Source: Takakia lepidozioides
Lineage: Eukaryota > Plantae > Bryophyta
Direction of reading: 5' to 3'
NCBI GenBank assembly: GCA_030704615.1
Contig: CM060731.1
Coordinates: 91,078,001 to 91,142,000, forward strand
DNA length: 64,000 nucleotides
Part shown: one piece after another, positions 60,478 to 64,000 of the stretch
Layout: every line of letters begins with the position of its first letter
How positions within the stretch are numbered: position 1 is the first letter of the stretch
The notes under the pieces: model-generated
Database searches by the model: none
What the model saw: the letters and a program-made list of their open reading frames with translations, nothing else
What the model was told of the DNA's origin: nothing
Translations under genes and position numbers: made by a program

Positions 60478-63400
60478 CTAGTACACATCCACATCAACCA
60501 ACTCCTCATCACTGGACTCTGAATCTCCATCGCAACTGTCCTCCATGGGACATGGATGTGCTTCCTCAGATCGCATGTCTCTGTAAAGTGAAGCAACCTC
60601 TTCAGGTGTCACTTGGATGGTCTGGCCCACCCTGTCACTAGCAACATTGGTCTCTTCAATGTGATTGGGGGCTAAGAGGCCTGATACACTTGCAATATCA
60701 TCGTTGCAAATGCTCACATCAGAAACAGCCCTGCGTGACCTGGGGTTTTTTTCCAGCACCACGTTCCATCTCGGTTCATTCACACACTCAGAGAAAAAAA
60801 CTTGCTCGACCTGTGATGGGAGCACAAAAGGCTGTTCAAGTGGAGGCAACAAGTGGGAGAAATTCACCAATGTGAAGCCAGACTCATCCTGCTTCATTGA
60901 CACAGGCTGACACCAAAAGGCCGTGCACGTACCCATGAACACAATAGCACCGTGGTGTTTGTGGAGCCATAATCCAATTCTAAAATCTCCTTTATGACAC
61001 CCACATACCGTACGCTTTCCACCACCTGCTCACGGTCAATGCAAGTACTGTCATGCTGGAAAACAGTAGAGACCCCCGAGTCATATGTCACAAAGGGGCT
61101 GTTGAGTCCATCTGAAGTAACCCTGAAGTGGTTTCCATAAGCCGACATGCTCTTGTATGATGTTGCGATTACTGATGGGGGTTTGGACATGTCCAACAAT
61201 TCCTTGCAAGCTGAATCAGTAGCATGGTTGGCAACACTTGACACATGCTGGCGGACTGCTTTTACCAGCCATTCTGCAAAGTGAGGGAGAGCACGGATCT
61301 TGTTATGGTTAGTAGCATTTTCAGTCTCCAACCTGCATTTCTCCACCTCATAGGACCTGCCAACACACGCACAACCACAGAAATTTATCTAGTGCAACCC
61401 CTGCAGCCGATGGAAGAACTACTGCACACACACCTATACAAAGCATACCCATGCATAGCAGGTACCAGAACGTTTGCCACTTACCCCAACATAATGCTCA
61501 AACTGGGATGGTTGTGAATGACGTAGTCGTGGACAAGCTGCAACACTTCAAGGGTCAACCTCCGTAGTCGACCAACTCCTTCCAATACCCAGCCCGACAC
61601 TGATTCCTCCTCTCCTGCATCCCACACTCTCCGCCTAGTAGCATCAACAGAAGACAAGTACTCTGTACAAAATCCCAATGCCTCGTCAAACACGTAGCCC
61701 TCCGCCATACTGCCCTCAGGCTTCGCCAAGTTTCGCACATACCCTTAAAAATCCTTCATTGCTCTCTCCACCGGGTACATCCACCGAGAAGCTACAGGTC
61801 CACACAAATCCACCTCATCCACCAAGTGGATAAGTAAATGTGTCATAACATCAAAAAATGAGGGTGGGAACTCTTTCTCCAGAAGACAAAGAGTCACTGC
61901 CACCTCCTTCTTCAATTCCTCATGCTCGGTGGGATCAATGAAGCTTGCGAAACACACGGGACACTCTTAGTATGGCATTGCGAACCCCAGGCGCCATCAA
62001 CCCACGTAGAGCAAGTGGGAGGATCTGTTGCATTAGCACGTGATAATCATGTGACTTCAATTGGCTCAACTTTTGTTTGACCACATGTTTTTTGAAAGCA
62101 GAGGCATAGCCAGTGGGTACTTTCAGATTCGTGATAATCTCCAGGAACACCCGCTGCTCTGGTTTTGTGAGCACATATGGCGCATCACTCTGGTGGGATG
62201 GCGTCGTAACCAAAGAGGCTTTCGAATGCCCTGCAATTCCATATCGCGGCGAACTTGCATCGTGTCCTTCTCGCCGAAAATAGTCTTGATTATGTTCTCC
62301 GTCACGTTCTTCTCGCAATGCATGGTATCAAAAGTGTGGCGGATGATAAGATGCTGCACCATGTGGTCTAACAAATTAGACACATTGCAATGCAGTCAGA
62401 ATGATGTTTACAGCACAGGTTCAGTAAACAAACAATCATGCACAATGAAAAACCAATGCACTGTTTTGTTCCCAAAACACATGCGTGGTAATCGCACCTC
62501 CCAGTAAGGCAAGTCGAACAGAATGGACAATCGTTTTACGCCATGGAGCTTGGAGGGATCGTTCTGTGCGCCTACAGTCCCACCATCATCAATCCATTGT
62601 TTGTAATGTCGTGCACGCTCCTTGATTTCGGTGGCTGTCACTGTATGTGGAGCATGTCTCATGTCTCGCGCCCCATTAAAAAGTCTGGATCTTCTATAGG
62701 CATGATTGTGGGGAAGATATCGTCGATGCCCCTGGAATATCAATTTCTTACAAGCTGGGGAATATCTGGAATCGACTTGAGGTCCACATGTTGGACAAGC
62801 ACAGTACCCTTGGTGAACCTGACCTGATAACAAGCCATAGGCGGGGAAGTCATGTATGGACCACATGAGGACTGCACGCATGTTAAAAGCCCGCTCTCCT
62901 TCAATGGCTGCCACATCCACGGCTGCAACTCCCACCCACAATGTCGTTAGCTCCTCCACTAGTGGTTGCAGGTAAACATCCACATTTTCAATTGTCACAG
63001 ATTCCTTTCCAGGAATGAGGAGTGTTAACATGACAAAAAAATTCTTCGTTACCAACCATGGAGGTAGATTATAATTGAGCACCATGATGGGCCAGGTGGA
63101 CCAAGAAGTGGATTTGGTGCCATAAGGATTGACCCCATCCAGTGCCAATCCAAGACGCAGATTTCTTGGATCTGAAGCAAAATCCGGCCATGTGTTGTCA
63201 ATATGACACCAAGCCTTACTGTCTGCAGCATGCCGGACCATGCCATATGCACTTCTATGATTGCTGTGCCACTTCATGAGCTCTGCCAGCGTCTTAACTC
63301 GAAACATCCGTTTCAATCTAGGTATGAGAGGAAAGTATCGCAACACCTTCTTGGGCACCTTCCCACGGCCGTCCATGTATCGACGACTATGGCACTTGGG

Positions 63401-64000
63401 GCAATTAGCAGCCTTTTTGAGGTCTCCACGAAACAATACACATCCACGCTCACAGGCATGGATCTGTTTGTATCCTAGACCCATCATGGCGATCATATTT
63501 TTGGCCTCATACTGCGATTTCGGCAAGGTGTTTTGTTTGGGCAAAATCTCCAGCCTCAACAATGAAAATAACTCATCCACAAATGCGTTGGTACATCTGT
63601 GAGTGGCGCAAGAATTGAGCAACGTCAATGTGGCAGTCAATCAGTTGTGAACGCTCCCATCGTATAAGGGGATTTGGGACTCTCGCATGAGTTTTCCATG
63701 GTGAAGATCATTTGGCGCGCCTGCTTCTTCTCCGCCCATATTTTCCCCATCAGGCATTTCAGAGGGATTTGCGCCATTCTCAACAGCCTCATCATTGTCC
63801 AAGTTAAGGGCATTTGGGGCAGGTGTGGGATTCTCCCGGAGGGTATCTGATATTTCAAATGCATCTTGCACAGCACGGGCAATCTGGCCCCGTAGCCCAT
63901 TGCCGTCTTGTCCATCCAAATTGACATCGTTTGCAACACTCTCTAGGCTACATTCAACCTCCACTTCAGAGTCGGATGTAATGTAGCCCTGTGAACGCAA
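60478..64000 (-). mobile_element. CACTA/En-Spm TnpD transposase gene (Transposase_21, DUF4218, DUF4216), multi-exon, frameshifted, running off the window
   Basis: DPRNLRLGLALDGVNP, WSIHDFPAYG, FDLPYWE|GT, DTMHCEKNV, LKSHDYHVLMQQ, FPPSFFDVMTHLLIHL…GPV..RWMYPVER, PEGSMAEGY, YVGVIKEILELDY and QPFVLPSQVEQVFF. Confidence 0.93.

Overview
Eukaryotic, repeat-dense land-plant DNA. It is most consistent with a bryophyte such as a liverwort, which is an inference from the element types. Only one ordinary host gene is visible: an 8-exon mitochondrial basic amino acid carrier (BAC1-like, minus strand, 6692-16711) whose introns hold stacked 5'-truncated LINE copies. The rest is nested mobile DNA. It includes RTE-X-like LINEs, Ty3/Gypsy chromovirus fragments (one split by a ~4.2 kb inversion), and CACTA/En-Spm elements: two TnpD transposases, two CACTA termini and two TnpA-like genes joined to an FCP1/NIF-type HAD phosphatase domain. 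The most unusual region is ~28.8-44.2 kb. It holds two head-to-head decayed copies and a third, much more divergent fragment of an intron-containing gene. That gene encodes a ParB/Srx-like domain (VWDGNHR) and a C-terminal beta-class amino-DNA-methyltransferase-like domain. The genes are flanked by arrays of a 20-28 bp palindrome, GAAATGCGG-YR-CCGCATTTC. The central array has a strict 53-bp period (about 5 helical turns). Single copies of the palindrome sit inside the gene's own introns, and one is kept with compensatory changes in the divergent paralog. A divergently transcribed pair of unknown paralogous ORFs belongs to the same domain. My hypothesis is a transposon-borne ParB-methyltransferase system with its own phased target sites. 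All coordinates and alignments were read by eye, and no database searches were run.
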